DNA of 63,076 bases, filler included, from Nanobdellati archaeon (GTDB lineage Archaea; Nanobdellota; Nanobdellia; Woesearchaeales; JAADFO01), in NCBI GenBank assembly GCA_013152815.1. It is 4 parts of 4 records of this genome, joined end to end, with 100 filler letters (N's around TTAATTAATTAA, not from the genome) between each part and the next. Parts side by side here need not be neighbours in the genome. Positions count along the whole stretch, not along the records: positions 36,979 to 41,703 come from JAADFO010000036.1; positions 41,804 to 63,076 come from JAADFO010000037.1; 2 more parts are not named here. One strand, 5' to 3'. A model generated the notes under the pieces. The model made no database searches. It saw nothing but the letters and a program-made list of their open reading frames with translations, and had not been told where the DNA came from. Every line of letters begins with the position of its first letter. The stretch's first letter is position 1. Made by a program: the position numbers and the translations under genes. This document shows positions 39,717 through 50,941 of this stretch, in pieces.

Positions 39717-41400
39717 CGAAACAGCCCTCCGTTGGATGCTTGTTGTGATAGATGATGGTCGCAGCATTCTGGAAGACCTCTTTCAGCTGCCCCTTTCCTT
39801 TTTGTTGAAGATAGCTTGTATATGCCTTGCGGATGAGTTCTGTATATTGGATGATTCCCCTGTTGCTGCTTACCTTGTCAAAGACGACATAGTCAAATGT
39901 GCATATGGATCTATTTGCTGTTATTTTCGGATTGTCTTCGATGAGATGATAACCGAAAGAGAAGAGACCCGTACGGTATGCCAGTTGACCGTCTCCGTTA
40001 TTGATCTCCGTCGTTTCAAAGGTGGACGGGATGATCCTATTCTTGATATCTTCCATCAGCGGACGTAGTTCTATCCAGTATGAGCGTCGTTGGCCAGCAA
40101 GCAGGATCGGTTTCTGATTGTAGACATCGCCATAGACATAGAGGATGCGTGCATCCTTTGCTGTCTTCTCTTTGATGAACTGGAAGCTTTCCCAGTGATA
40201 GGGATCCATAAGCCCTGGCGATGTCGATGAGTGATGTGTTTTCTCGATGATGATCGGTGTCAGGATGATGATGAGGATGATGATGAGCGGATATCTGATC
40301 TTTTTCAGAGGGACTATCTTTCCGAAAAGTTTTATGGCAAACCACACGCCAAGACCAAAGAAGAACGCGAGATAAAGGGGCCAGAAGTAACGTTGCTGGA
40401 ATGACCTTTCCTGCATGCCGATGTAGTTGGAGAGTCCAAGGGCAAGCATGAACAGGCTTATGCCTATGATGAGAAGATAGACTTTTCTTTTCCTGTGCTG
40501 GATACTCTGCAGGATTGCGATTCCAAAGCCAACTGCCAGAACAATTCCGATCCAGCCGGAGAAATCGGTCAGGTGAAGGACAGGGTAGCCGATATCTGGT
40601 ATTATCTTGAACCATCTGATTGTCGTGCTTGCCCCTTTCCAGAGTGTATTATAAAAGATAACTGCGTAGGGCAAGGCCAGAACGAACCCTAGCAGAAGCC
40701 CATAGGCCCATTCCTTTGTCTGGTTCCTGTCAAACGAACCGTTGAGGAAATAGAGAACACTCATACCGATGAGAAAGCTTACCGCGAAGATGAATTCAGG
40801 GGGGTGGCTCATGAGGATGGCAGCCAGAAAGATGCCGATGATGGTCCAGCCCTGTTTCTTCGGTTGCATATCCATGGCAAGAAGCGACCAGAAGAAGGTG
40901 AGAAGGAAGAAGCCGCCTGTTATGACAAGGTGTTTGCCCCAGGTGATGGCCGTATAGTTTGGTGCAGCGAAGAGCATCGTCATGAACGGAAGAGAGAGCA
41001 GGGCCACGTTCCTGTTGAACCGTCGGATGATAAGAAACATGATGAGTGCGCTGAACGAGAAGAGCAGTGTTATGAGCAGGATGAGCGCATCATAGGGTGC
41101 TATCCCGACAAGATGGGCAAATCCCGCTCCCAGCTCATAGGTTGCCGGAGGCAATACTCCGAGGACATCCTGATACCCTAGAGAATCATAGAAAGGCCGA
41201 AGCGCATCGTTTCCTGTATCGTAGACTTGAGTGGTATATACTATCTGCCAGAAGGCATCTGATGCGTAATACCCATGGGGAAATTCATGGACGATGCGTT
41301 GTTGCAGGAGTGGTGCAGCACCTAGGTAAAGAAGCGTCCCGAAGAAAAGGAGCAGGACAACCCCTTCGACGATTCTCTTGTTGAAAGAGAACTTGACCAT
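39700..41400 (-). CDS. Multi-TM GT-C-like glycosyltransferase (putative)
   Basis: YASDAFW loop, LPP motif, many TM, C-terminal FQFIKEKT soluble domain. Confidence 0.65.
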   Translation of the reverse strand: MVKFSFNKRIVEGVVLLLFFGTLLYLGAAPLLQQRIVHEFPHGYYASDAFWQIVYTTQVYDTGNDALRPFYDSLGYQDVLGVLPPATYELGAGFAHLVGIAPYDALILLITLLFSFSALIMFLIIRRFNRNVALLSLPFMTMLFAAPNYTAITWGKHLVITGGFFLLTFFWSLLAMDMQPKKQGWTIIGIFLAAILMSHPPEFIFAVSFLIGMSVLYFLNGSFDRNQTKEWAYGLLLGFVLALPYAVIFYNTLWKGASTTIRWFKIIPDIGYPVLHLTDFSGWIGIVLAVGFGIAILQSIQHRKRKVYLLIIGISLFMLALGLSNYIGMQERSFQQRYFWPLYLAFFFGLGVWFAIKLFGKIVPLKKIRYPLIIILIIILTPIIIEKTHHSSTSPGLMDPYHWESFQFIKEKTAKDARILYVYGDVYNQKPILLAGQRRSYWIELRPLMEDIKNRIIPSTFETTEINNGDGQLAYRTGLFSFGYHLIEDNPKITANRSICTFDYVVFDKVSSNRGIIQYTELIRKAYTSYLQQKGKGQLKEVFQNAATIIYHNKHPTEGCFDDQKF

Positions 41401-41703
41401 TATTTCCGATACCTCTGTGTTCGTTCCAGCGTATTTTTACCACGTCGAGAAGCATGGAGATGGAATCCCTTAAAAGCTTTACTTTGCTTTCTCCATCATT
41501 CTGCCACACGATGGGAACCTCTCTGACCGAGAAGCCCAGCATCCTCGCGAGGTAGAGTAGTTCGATATCAAACCCGAACCCTGTCTGCTGCTGAAGAGGG
41601 AAGATCCTGTTGGCAGCTTTCCTGGTGAACAGCTTGAAGCCGCACTGGCTGTCTTTTATTCCGGGAAGCAGCAGGACCCTCGTGATGATGGAAAATATCT
41701 TTC
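41285..41703 (-). CDS. Dolichyl-phosphate hexosyltransferase (GT2), C-terminal fragment
   Basis: IKDSQCGFKLF, GFGFDIELLYLAR, EVPIVW..SKV. Confidence 0.85.
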
Positions 41704-41803
41704 NNNNNNNNNNNNNNNNNNNNNNNNNNNNNNNNNNNNNNNNNNNNTTAATTAATTAANNNNNNNNNNNNNNNNNNNNNNNNNNNNNNNNNNNNNNNNN
41801 NNN
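41704..41803. other. Artificial contig linker
   Basis: N44-TTAATTAATTAA-N44. Confidence 0.98.
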
Positions 41804-43956
41804 TCGACGACCGGCCAGGAACCGGTGTGGATGCTCACCGCGTCTTCTTTCTTCCTGAAGTATTGCTGATAGATCTCCTCGGTGATGTGCGGGATGATGG
41901 GCGCGAAGAGCCTGAGGATGGTCAGCAATATCCTGTAGAGCGTCTCCTGGGCCGATTCCCTGGCTTCCCTGCCCCGTTCCTCGGCGTTGTAGAGCCGGTC
42001 CTTGACGATCTCCAGGTAGAGGTCGCAGAACACCTGCCAGAAGAACTTCTCGGTCTCATGTTTCGCCCTCCCGAAATCAAAGGCATCAAAGGAATCTGTG
42101 CATTGCCTGATGAGCCGCTGCATCTTCGAGAGGATCCATCGGTCCATGGTCTCCAGGTCTTTCGCGTTCCCTCGTTCCAGGTCGTCCAGATGGAGCAGGG
42201 TGAATTTCGAGGCGTTCCAGAGCTTGGTGATGGTCTTCTTGCCGGTCATGAGGTCCTTCTCCTGGAAAGGCAGGTCATCCCCTAGTTTTGTTCCTGCCGA
42301 CCAGAACCGCAGCGCATCGGCAGAATACTTCGCTATCATCACCTGCGGCTCGACAACGTTCCCCTTGCTCTTGCTCATCTTCTTGCCGTGGGGGTCGAGG
42401 GCAAATCCTGATATCATAATCTTCTTGAACGGTATCTGGTCGTCGTGGATATGGCTTCTCACCAGGGTGTTGAACAGCCAGAAGGTGATGATGTCATGAG
42501 CTTGAGGCCTGAGCGACATGGGCAGGAGCCTGTCATAGATTTTGTGGTCCCTGAAGAGCTCTGCCGCTATATGCGGCGTCAGCGATGAGGTCGCCCAGGT
42601 GTCCAGCACATCCTGCTCAGGTTCCACCTGGTCCCGGGTGTATCCTCTGGGAAGGTCCACCAACGGATCCACCGGCAGCTGGTCATCGTCGGCGAAGATG
42701 GGTTCCCTGGTCTTCTTGTCGTACCAGACCGGGAAGGGCACACCGAAGAAGCGCTGCCGTGAGATGCACCAGTCCCACTGGAGTCCGTTGATCCAGTTGT
42801 CCAGACGATGCCGCATGTAGGCAGGATGCCATTCCATCTCTTTCCCCCGCCTGAGGAATTCCTCCTTGAGGTCGAGATAGCTGATGAACCACTGGGGGGA
42901 ATTGATGAACTCGATGTCAGCGCCTGACCTTTCTCCCACATTGACCGTGTGTTTTATCTTCTTCTGGCCGATGAGCTCTCCCTGGGTTTTCATGGCCTCG
43001 ATGATGCGTTCCCTGGCTTCCTTGACCTTGAGCCCTTTGAGGTCTCCTGCCAGGTCGGTCATCCTGCCGTCCTTGCCGATGCCTTCCTTGAGCGGCAGGT
43101 CGTATGCTTTGTACCATTCGATGTCGGTGAGGTCGCCGAAGGTGCAGCACATGACCACACCGGTCCCTTTCTCCAGGTCGACCCGCTCGTCCTTGAGGAC
43201 CGGGACCTTGAAATGGTAATAGGGGACGATGAGCTCTTTGCCCAGGAGGTGGGCGTTCTTCTTGTCATCGGGATGGATGAAGACCGCGACGCAGGAGGAC
43301 AGCAGCTCAGGACGGGTCGTGGCGACGACGACGTCCTTGCCGTCTTCGGTCCGGAAGACGATGTCGTTGAACGTGGATTCCTTCTCCTCGTCCTTGATCT
43401 CCACCTGGGAGAGCGCAGTCTGCATCTGCGGGTCCCAGATGACCGGCGTCTCTTTCCGGTAGGCCCTTTTCTTCCTGACCAGGTCGAGGAACATGCGCTG
43501 GGATATCCTGCGGGAGTGCGCATCGATGGTCGTATAGGAGATGCTCCAGTCGCAGGACATGCCGATGCGCTTCCAGTCCTGGACATACTTCGGCCGAAGC
43601 TCCTGGGAAAGCGTGTCTTCGCAGAGCTTTATGAACTCCTCACGCTTCATCTTTGTCGCCCGGACGTTCTTCATCTTCTCGATGAGCCTTTCTGTGGGAA
43701 GGCCGTTATCGTCGGTGCCGAAGGGACAGAAGATGTTGAACCCCTGCATCCGCTTGTATCTGACGATGAAATCCTGATGGGAGAAGGAGAACGCATGGCC
43801 GATGTGCATCTTGCCGGAGACGGTCGGAGGCGGCGTGTCGACCGAGAAGACCGTCTTCTCTGATTCCGGATCAAACCTATAACAGTCCTGCTGTTCCCAG
43901 TATTGCTGCCATCGAGGCTCAGACTGTGAAGGATCATATCTTTTCGGGAGTTCCAT
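41804..43956 (-). CDS. valS: Valyl-tRNA synthetase (3' partial)
   Basis: DTPPPTVSGKMHIGH, GTGVVMCCTFGD, DWCISRQR, KMSKS. Confidence 0.95.
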
Positions 43957-44130
43957 GATTGCTTCCATGAACTCCGGATGGTATTTAAAGCTTGTTTAGG
44001 GAGCAATTTCTTTTCTATATTGAAAATTGTTGGATGGATGATCTGGTCGTCCTCTGCCCTGCCCGTTTTCCTCAACAACCATATCCCTTCCACCAACAAC
44101 CATAAAAGAGGCGAATCTCTCCCCCGCTGC

Positions 44131-45342
44131 ATGAGCCTTCCCTGGATACGCAAATATGAACCTGAGAAAGCGAAGGACATCTTCGGCCAGGACGTCCCTC
44201 TTGCCAGGCTCCGGGCGTTCATCGAGCATGTGCAGGCCTCCAAACGGAAGGGCGTCATCATCCACGGTCCCAACGGCTGCGGCAAGACTGTCTCGGTCTA
44301 TGCCATCGCCCATGAGCTGGACCTGGAGGTCCTGGAGGTCAATGCCTCTGATTTCCGGAACAAGGACAAGATCAACGCCGTGTTGGGCAATGCCTTGCAT
44401 CAGCGAAGCCTCTTCGGCAGGGGAAAGGTCATCCTGGTGGATGAGGTGGACGGCCTCTCTGGACAGAAGGACCGGGGAGGCATGGCTGCGCTGGCCGCTC
44501 TTCTGGACCGGTCGCCCTATCCTCTGGTCATGACCTGTGCCGATCCCTACATCAGACAGCTGAAAGGGGTGAAGAAGAAATCAGAACTGATCACCTTTCA
44601 GCCCCTGGACTATCTGACCCTGTTCAGCCTCCTCAAAAAGATAGCTGACAAGGAAGGCTTCAGCTATGAAGAGACCGCCCTCAAGAGCCTTGCCCGCATG
44701 GCCGGAGGCGATGCCAGGGCTGCCATCAATGACCTGCAGACCGTCCATGCTTTCCAGAAGAAGGTCGACAGGAAATCCCTTGAGGTCCTGGGAGAACGGG
44801 ACTCCCATGAATCCATCAAGGATGTACTCATCAGGATATTCAAGACCACCGACGCTGATATCGCTCGGGCAGCGCTCTGGAACGTCAAGGAGAACATCGA
44901 TGAGGTCATGCTCTGGATAGACGAGAACCTGCCCAAGGAATACCGGAAGCCCGACGACCTCTCGCGTGCATATGACCGCCTCTCACGGGCAGATGTCTTC
45001 CGGGGACGGATACGCCGCTGGCAGCATTGGGGGTATCTCGTCTACATGAATGCCCTTCTCTCTGCAGGGATCGCCACTGCAAAGGATGCGCGATATCCTT
45101 CCTTCACCAGCTTCACCCAGACCAGGCGGCTCCTCAAGCTCTGGATGGCCAACCAGAAATACCTCAAGAAGAAGAGCATCGCCGCGAAGATCGGCCAGCA
45201 CACCCACAGCTCGACGACCTATGCGCTGCAGCACGCAGTCCCCTACTTCCGGCAGATGTTCCGGCATGACAAGGAAGGAACCGCCCTGATGGCCCAGGAG
45301 CTGGACCTCGTCCAGGAAGAGATAGACTGGCTGCAGAAGTGA
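44131..45342 (+). CDS. rfcL: Replication factor C large subunit
   Basis: WIRKYEP, GPNGCGKT, EVNASDFR, LVDEVDG, GDARAAINDLQ, WIDEN. Confidence 0.92.
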   Translation: MSLPWIRKYEPEKAKDIFGQDVPLARLRAFIEHVQASKRKGVIIHGPNGCGKTVSVYAIAHELDLEVLEVNASDFRNKDKINAVLGNALHQRSLFGRGKVILVDEVDGLSGQKDRGGMAALAALLDRSPYPLVMTCADPYIRQLKGVKKKSELITFQPLDYLTLFSLLKKIADKEGFSYEETALKSLARMAGGDARAAINDLQTVHAFQKKVDRKSLEVLGERDSHESIKDVLIRIFKTTDADIARAALWNVKENIDEVMLWIDENLPKEYRKPDDLSRAYDRLSRADVFRGRIRRWQHWGYLVYMNALLSAGIATAKDARYPSFTSFTQTRRLLKLWMANQKYLKKKSIAAKIGQHTHSSTTYALQHAVPYFRQMFRHDKEGTALMAQELDLVQEEIDWLQK

Positions 45343-45524
45343 GCTGTGGACGATGTCATCATCACCATCGGACATTTTCCAGCGTGTCCACCCATAATTT
45401 AATAAATCCCAGACTGACACCAGCATAGCCCAGGGGAAAGCCTCCTGAACGTTCCAAAGCATGCTCTCCCCAGGGATCCCTGCTTCAACAGCCCCCCCCG
45501 ACAACCCATCAGAAACCAGGAACC

Positions 45525-47006
45525 ATGATATCCATAGACGAACTGGCGGCCTTCTGCAAGAAGAAAGGCTTTGTATTCAGGACCAGCGAGCTCTACAACG
45601 GCATCGCCGGCTTCTTCGACTTCGGCCCTGTGGGCGTCGAACTGAAGAACAACATCAAGCAGGCCTTCTGGAAGACCTTTGTGCGGTCAAGGGATGACGT
45701 CGTCGGCATGGACGGGGCCATCATCACCCACCCAAAGGTCTGGCAGGCATCAGGCCATACCGCCTCTTTCGCCGACCTCATGCTCACCACCCAGTCTGGA
45801 GAGAAACTGCGGGCAGACCAGTTCATCGAAGAGCAGCTCAACATCCCTGCAGACGGCCTCGACCGTGATAAGATAGCGGCCCTCCTCAGGAAGCATGGTC
45901 TGAAGCATCCCAAGACCAAGGAACCTCTTGAGATTGCGGGAGCGTTCAACCTCATGTTCACGACCAATGTGGGCGCGGTGAAGAGCGAGGATTCCCTCGC
46001 CTACCTCCGTCCTGAGACAGCCCAGCTCATCTTCTCTGACTTCAGGCAGGTGATGGACACGTCACGCATGAAGCTTCCTTTCGGCATCGCCCAGATGGGC
46101 AAGGCCTTCCGCAACGAGATCTCTCCCCGGGATTTCCTCTTCAGGAGCAGGGAATTCGAGCAGTTCGAGATCGAGTTCTTCTGCCACCCGAAAAAGCTCG
46201 ACGACTGTCCGGGCTATGACTCCATCAAGGACATCAGGGTGCAGATACTCACCGCCAAGCATCAGGAGGCAGGCAAGGACCACGAGACCAGGACCATCGA
46301 CCAGCTGCTGAAGGCAAAGGTCTTCAGGACGAAGTGGCATGCCTATTGGGTCGCTGTCTTCCATCGCTTCTTCACCTCCTACGGCATCCGGCCCGAGAAC
46401 CTCCGGCTCCGCGAACACCTGCGGGACGAGCTCGCCCACTACGCCTCGGCCTGCCTCGACATCGAATACCGTTTCCCCTTCGGCTGGAAAGAGATCCACG
46501 GCGACGCAGACCGCGGGACCTTTGACCTCGGCCAGCATCAGGAGGCATCATCCCAGGACCAGACGGTCTTCGACGATGCGACCAAGGAGAAAGTGCTGCC
46601 CTACGTCGCTGCAGAACCGTCCCAGGGCATCGAACGGGCGTTCCTCGCCTTCCTCTTCGACGCCTATGACGACGACAAGGACCGGGGGAACATCGTCCTC
46701 CATCTCCATCCGCGGCTTGCCCCTATCCAGGTTGCTGTCTTCCCTTTGGTCAACAAGCTTGAGCAGCAGGCAAGGGAGGTCTTCAGGAAGCTCAACGGTC
46801 CTTTCTCGGCTGTCTTCGACCGGTCAGGCAGCATCGGAAGGCGCTATGCACGGGCAGACGAACTGGGCATCCCCCTCTGCGTCACCTTTGATTTCGATTC
46901 TCTGGAAGATGGCATGGTCACGGTGCGCGACAGGGAGACCACCAAACAGACCAGGGTCAAGATGGCCGCATTGGCCGACGAACTGAAAAAACAACTTGAG
47001 AGGTAA
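45525..47006 (+). CDS. glyS: Glycyl-tRNA synthetase (homodimeric, archaeal/eukaryotic type)
   Basis: LRPETAQ, GKAFRNEISPR..REFEQ, SIGRRYARADE. Confidence 0.95.
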   Translation: MISIDELAAFCKKKGFVFRTSELYNGIAGFFDFGPVGVELKNNIKQAFWKTFVRSRDDVVGMDGAIITHPKVWQASGHTASFADLMLTTQSGEKLRADQFIEEQLNIPADGLDRDKIAALLRKHGLKHPKTKEPLEIAGAFNLMFTTNVGAVKSEDSLAYLRPETAQLIFSDFRQVMDTSRMKLPFGIAQMGKAFRNEISPRDFLFRSREFEQFEIEFFCHPKKLDDCPGYDSIKDIRVQILTAKHQEAGKDHETRTIDQLLKAKVFRTKWHAYWVAVFHRFFTSYGIRPENLRLREHLRDELAHYASACLDIEYRFPFGWKEIHGDADRGTFDLGQHQEASSQDQTVFDDATKEKVLPYVAAEPSQGIERAFLAFLFDAYDDDKDRGNIVLHLHPRLAPIQVAVFPLVNKLEQQAREVFRKLNGPFSAVFDRSGSIGRRYARADELGIPLCVTFDFDSLEDGMVTVRDRETTKQTRVKMAALADELKKQLER

Positions 47007-47011
47007 AGCAT

Positions 47012-47434
47012 ATGGCAGTGAAGGATCTGCAACCGAGAACAGGCAAAGTGAACATCGAAGTGGACATCATCGAGAAGGGGGAGCCCCGGGAGTTCCAGAA
47101 GTTCGGCAACAGCGGAAAGGTCTGCAATGCCAAAGCGAAGGACGACACCGGCCAGATCACCCTGTCTCTCTGGAACGATGATGTGGACAAGGTCAACGTG
47201 GGCGACAGGATAAGGATAACCAACGGCTGGGTGAGCGAATATCAGGGAGAGATGCAGCTTTCCACCGGCAGGTTCGGGACGCTCGAAGTGCTCTCTTCAG
47301 GAGCCCCTGCTGCCGACGGTCCGGCATCGCCATCCGAAGCCCCGGCAGAGACTCCTGCCGAGGATCCTGGAGCAGCTCCGGAAGAGCCTGCAGCATCGCC
47401 CGACACGAGCGGCATAGAGGAAGAGCGCATCTAG
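47012..47434 (+). CDS. Single OB-fold ssDNA-binding protein (RPA/SSB-like)
   Basis: KDDTGQITLSLWND..NGWVSEYQG; acidic Pro-rich tail ending IEEERI. Confidence 0.85.
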   Translation: MAVKDLQPRTGKVNIEVDIIEKGEPREFQKFGNSGKVCNAKAKDDTGQITLSLWNDDVDKVNVGDRIRITNGWVSEYQGEMQLSTGRFGTLEVLSSGAPAADGPASPSEAPAETPAEDPGAAPEEPAASPDTSGIEEERI

Positions 47435-47487
47435 ACCGGCATATTTATAAATGGTCTGATGCCACTTTTTTCTCTTTCCGTCTCTTC

Positions 47488-47604
47488 GGGACTGTAGCTC
47501 AGACTGGGAGAGCACCACGCTGAAGAACTGATATCTTCAGTCACGTGGGTGATTGACCTGGCGGGAGTCAACCCAACTCCTGGGTTCAAATCCCAGCAGT
47601 CCCA
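47488..47604 (+). tRNA. tRNA-Phe(GAA) with two introns (47526-47542 at 37/38; 47552-47577 at 46/47)
   Basis: Acceptor GGGACTG/CAGTCCC, CCACG/CGTGG anticodon stem, CTGGG-TTCAAAT-CCCAG T arm; both inserts have 4-bp BHB helices; mature length 74 nt. Confidence 0.88.
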
Positions 47605-47879
47605 CTTCCCGCCGCCTTTCTTTTTCTGTCCTGTTCTCTCCTGTCCGCTTTATGGTCATTTTGTGGCTTTTGTCCTGCGGGTTGTTGTGTCATCGATGGT
47701 TTCTTGTTGTCCTGTCGACGGTTCCTCTCTTGCCTGTCCTTGTCCTGGCCTCTGCCGCAGACACGCTTCGCAGGACAGGCAGGACATGCTCCTGTCCCGC
47801 AGAAGAGATGCTTCACGGTCCTGTAGAACACATACATGATGGCCATGCCGGTCATGTAGAAAAGGATCATCGATGTCAT
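47586..47879 (-). CDS. Small FeoB-associated Cys-rich membrane protein (putative)
   Basis: N-terminal TM then CGTGACPACPAKRVC, downstream of feoB. Confidence 0.55.
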   Translation of the reverse strand: MTSMILFYMTGMAIMYVFYRTVKHLFCGTGACPACPAKRVCGRGQDKDRQERNRRQDNKKPSMTQQPAGQKPQNDHKADRREQDRKRKAAGSGTAGI

Positions 47880-47930
47880 GGTCTCATCACCGCCCCTCTC
47901 TTTCCTGTTTTCTCATGGTCCTGACCGATC

Positions 47931-49946
47931 CTATCCCAACCCGAGCAGAAGACCTCCTTGGTAGATGATGAAGGACACGGTCCAGGCCAGGGCCGTCAGA
48001 TAGAATACCGAGAACCACATCCACCGCCAGGAGTTGGTCTCTCTTCTGATGGCCGAAAGCGTAGCGACGCAGGGGATGTAGAGCAGGGTGAACACCATGA
48101 ACACATAGGCGGTGAGCGGCGTGAAGGTGGTCTTCAGGACCGTCCCGAGCCCTGCCTCAGCCACGCCGTAGAGCGTTCCCATGGTGCCGACGACCACCTC
48201 CTTCGCAAGGATGCCGAAGAGCAATGAGACCGATGCCTGCCAGGTCCCGAATCCCAGGGGCGCGAAGAGCGGAGCTATGAACCTGCCGATGATGCCGATG
48301 ATGCTCTGTTCCGAGGCGTAGGGAACCCCGAACGGTATGTTGCCCAGGAACCAGATGACCAATACCGCAGAGAAGATGATGGTGCCTGCCTTGGTGATGA
48401 ACAGCCTGCTCCGCTCCCACATGTGGATGAGCATCCCTTTCAGGGTCGGCAGCCGGTAGGGAGGAAGCTCCATGATGAACGGAGAGGTCTCGCCCCTGAA
48501 GAGGGTCCTCTTGAAGAGCAGGCCGATGGCGATGGCCATCAGGATGCCCAGCAGATAGAGCGAGAAGATGATGATGCCCTGGTCTTTCTCGAAGAAGGCG
48601 CCTACGAAGAGCACGTAGACCATGAGCCGGGCGCTGCAGGACATGAGCGGATTGATGAGGATGGTCAGGATGCGGTCCTTGCGGTTCTTCAGGGTGCGTG
48701 TGGCCATGATGGCCGGCACGTTGCAGCCGAAACCCAGGATGAGCGGGATGAACGACTTGCCATGGAGCCCTATCCGCTGCATCAGCTTGTCCATGATGAA
48801 CGCGGCCCTCGCCATATACCCCGAATCCTCCAGGAGCGCGATGATGAAGAAGAGCAGCAGGATGTTCGGGAGGAAGATCAGTACCGAGCCTACACCGCCG
48901 ATGATCCCGTCGACCAGGAGGGAGCCCAACCATCGGGGACCGTCCACCAGGAGGATGCCCTGGGAAGCCAGGGTGCCGAGCATGCTGAAGAACCTGCTGA
49001 TCAGGTCGGTGAAGGGAACCGCCAAGGTGAAGGTGGCCTGGAACATCAGGTACATGATGATAAGGAAGAGCGGGATGCCGACGTATCGGTTGGTGACCAC
49101 CCTATCTATATAGTCTGTCCGCGTGATCCTGTCTATCTTGGGTCGTCTCACCGTCTCCTTGATGAGCCCGGCGATGACGCCATATCGCGCATCGGCGATG
49201 GCCGCATCCACATCCTCTCCGAACACCTCCTGCAGATGCTGCTGTATGGCTTTCTTCCTCCTGAGGATCTCCTTTCCCTTCTTCCAGGTGCTCACCTTCT
49301 CGATGACCTGCCTGTCCTCTTCCAGGAGCTTGAGAGCGATCCATCGTGCATTCCCTCCTACCTGGGGTTCCCTGCAGCGGGACACCTCCTGCTCCAGCTG
49401 GATCAGGTGATCCTCGATCTCCTCATTGTACCGTACCTTGTTGTGGTGGTTCTTCCTGGTCCTGCCCGCATCGATGATGGCATCGAGCAGCTTCTCTCTC
49501 CCGGTCCTGTCCACCGCCTCGATCCTGCAGACCGGTACGCCAAGAAGCTCGGCGAGCCCTTTCTCATCTATCTTCAGCCCTTTCTTCTGTGCATACCGGT
49601 TCATGTTGAGAGCGATGATGATGTTGGCTCCCAGTTCGATGGTCTGCACGGTCAGGTAGAGGTTCCTTTCAAGATTGGCCGCGTCCACAACATGGACGAC
49701 CACATCAGGACGTTCCTCCACGAGATAGTCCCGTGTTATGATCTCTTCGGTAGAATAGGCGGTAAGGCTATAGGTTCCAGGCAGGTCGATGATGCTGAGC
49801 CTCTCTGTTCCGTGGCCGCAGATGCCTTCCTTCTTCTCGACGGTCTTCCCCGGCCAGTTGCCGACGTGCTGGTGAAGGCCGGTGAGGTTGTTGAACAGGG
49901 TCGTCTTTCCGCAGTTCGGGTTCCCGATGAGGGCGACCCGTATCAT
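47931..49946 (-). CDS. feoB: Ferrous iron transporter B
   Basis: [48 protein letters not shown]. Confidence 0.97.
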   Translation of the reverse strand: MIRVALIGNPNCGKTTLFNNLTGLHQHVGNWPGKTVEKKEGICGHGTERLSIIDLPGTYSLTAYSTEEIITRDYLVEERPDVVVHVVDAANLERNLYLTVQTIELGANIIIALNMNRYAQKKGLKIDEKGLAELLGVPVCRIEAVDRTGREKLLDAIIDAGRTRKNHHNKVRYNEEIEDHLIQLEQEVSRCREPQVGGNARWIALKLLEEDRQVIEKVSTWKKGKEILRRKKAIQQHLQEVFGEDVDAAIADARYGVIAGLIKETVRRPKIDRITRTDYIDRVVTNRYVGIPLFLIIMYLMFQATFTLAVPFTDLISRFFSMLGTLASQGILLVDGPRWLGSLLVDGIIGGVGSVLIFLPNILLLFFIIALLEDSGYMARAAFIMDKLMQRIGLHGKSFIPLILGFGCNVPAIMATRTLKNRKDRILTILINPLMSCSARLMVYVLFVGAFFEKDQGIIIFSLYLLGILMAIAIGLLFKRTLFRGETSPFIMELPPYRLPTLKGMLIHMWERSRLFITKAGTIIFSAVLVIWFLGNIPFGVPYASEQSIIGIIGRFIAPLFAPLGFGTWQASVSLLFGILAKEVVVGTMGTLYGVAEAGLGTVLKTTFTPLTAYVFMVFTLLYIPCVATLSAIRRETNSWRWMWFSVFYLTALAWTVSFIIYQGGLLLGLG

Positions 49947-50209
49947 CCGTCCTCACGCCCCGTCCTGTCATCGGGTTTCTGACCGGTCCTCTCTTTCACG
50001 AGGATCTTGTCTGCCTGTCCCCTTCCCAGTGCGAGTTTGGTGTCCTTCACCCTGACGAGCAACGGACCGGAGACATCGTTCCTGATGACTTCGATGCGGG
50101 TCCGGTCATAGATGCCGAGATCGTGGAGCCTCTTCTTGACGTTCTGGCCGCAGAGCACGTCTCCCACTTCCACTTCATCGCCTGCAGAACACATGCTCAG
50201 AGGCATCAT
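49943..50209 (-). CDS. feoA: Ferrous iron transport protein A
   Basis: [32 protein letters not shown] overlaps on both sides. Confidence 0.9.
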   Translation of the reverse strand: MMPLSMCSAGDEVEVGDVLCGQNVKKRLHDLGIYDRTRIEVIRNDVSGPLLVRVKDTKLALGRGQADKILVKERTGQKPDDRTGREDG

Positions 50210-50436
50210 GGGATTTCCACCTCGATGCCTCCTGCCTCCTTCTTCCTGAGCGACAGCAGATACCCCTTGACCTTGATCTCGATGGGGTCTCCCAGCGGGG
50301 CGATCTGCTGGACCTCCAGCAGCGTGCCCTTGACAAGACCCATGTCCAGCAGGCGTCGCTTGATCCTGCCTTCGCAGGTGACTCTCAGTATCCTGCCTGA
50401 TTCCTTCTTGCCGAGCTCTGCCAGCGTCTTTCTCAT
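50206..50436 (-). CDS. feoA: Ferrous iron transport protein A
   Basis: RRLLDMGL..APLGDPIEIKVKGYLLSLRKKEA. Confidence 0.93.
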   Translation of the reverse strand: MRKTLAELGKKESGRILRVTCEGRIKRRLLDMGLVKGTLLEVQQIAPLGDPIEIKVKGYLLSLRKKEAGGIEVEIP

Positions 50437-50843
50437 CAGAGGTCCCTCCTGTCCTGCCGGACCTGGCGTGCAGGTCTGATGAGACGTTGTAACCTCTTGA
50501 CGGATTCTCTAGAGAACGCGTGCTCAAGCCGGTGGGCCTCCTCATGTGCCCGGGCAGGACCATACTTCAAGACCTTTGTGAGAAACGCTCCGATGGTCTG
50601 GTACTTCTCGACGATGCGTGCCGCTTCCTTCCTGCCTTTGGCAGTGAAGAAGATGTTGCCGTAGGGTCTTGCCCGGACATAGCCTTCATCGACGAGCTTC
50701 CTGGTCATCGCCGAGACGCTGGGTCTCGATATGCGTAGGGCCTTCGCGACGCCGGCCGGCTGGACACCCTTCGACGGGTCGATAAGTTCCTTTTCGCAGG
50801 CATGGATGACCCGCAGATAATCCTCTCTCGACCGTCGCTCCAT
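50436..50843 (-). CDS. DtxR/MntR family metal-dependent repressor
   Basis: EDYLRVI, SRPSVSAM, AHEEAHRLEH. Confidence 0.9.
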   Translation of the reverse strand: MERRSREDYLRVIHACEKELIDPSKGVQPAGVAKALRISRPSVSAMTRKLVDEGYVRARPYGNIFFTAKGRKEAARIVEKYQTIGAFLTKVLKYGPARAHEEAHRLEHAFSRESVKRLQRLIRPARQVRQDRRDL

Positions 50844-50885
50844 GGAAGCAGACCGCAAGCTTCTCTATATAAATCTTGTCAAATA

Positions 50886-50899
50886 TTAGTCATGGCTAA
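50886..50899. promoter_or_regulatory. Putative DtxR-family operator
   Basis: TTAGTCA-TGGCTAA near-perfect palindrome just upstream of the minus-strand TATA (tttatata at about 50866-50873). Confidence 0.55.
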
Positions 50900-50941
50900 C
50901 TTTTTCCTCTGCTTCCGTCCCGGTGGCCCTCCCGAGCCGCA

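Noticed and set aside
41285..41400. GT2 C-terminus overlapping the next gene by 116 nt
   Set aside because: Could be a lost stop or a single-base error; cannot be judged without reads
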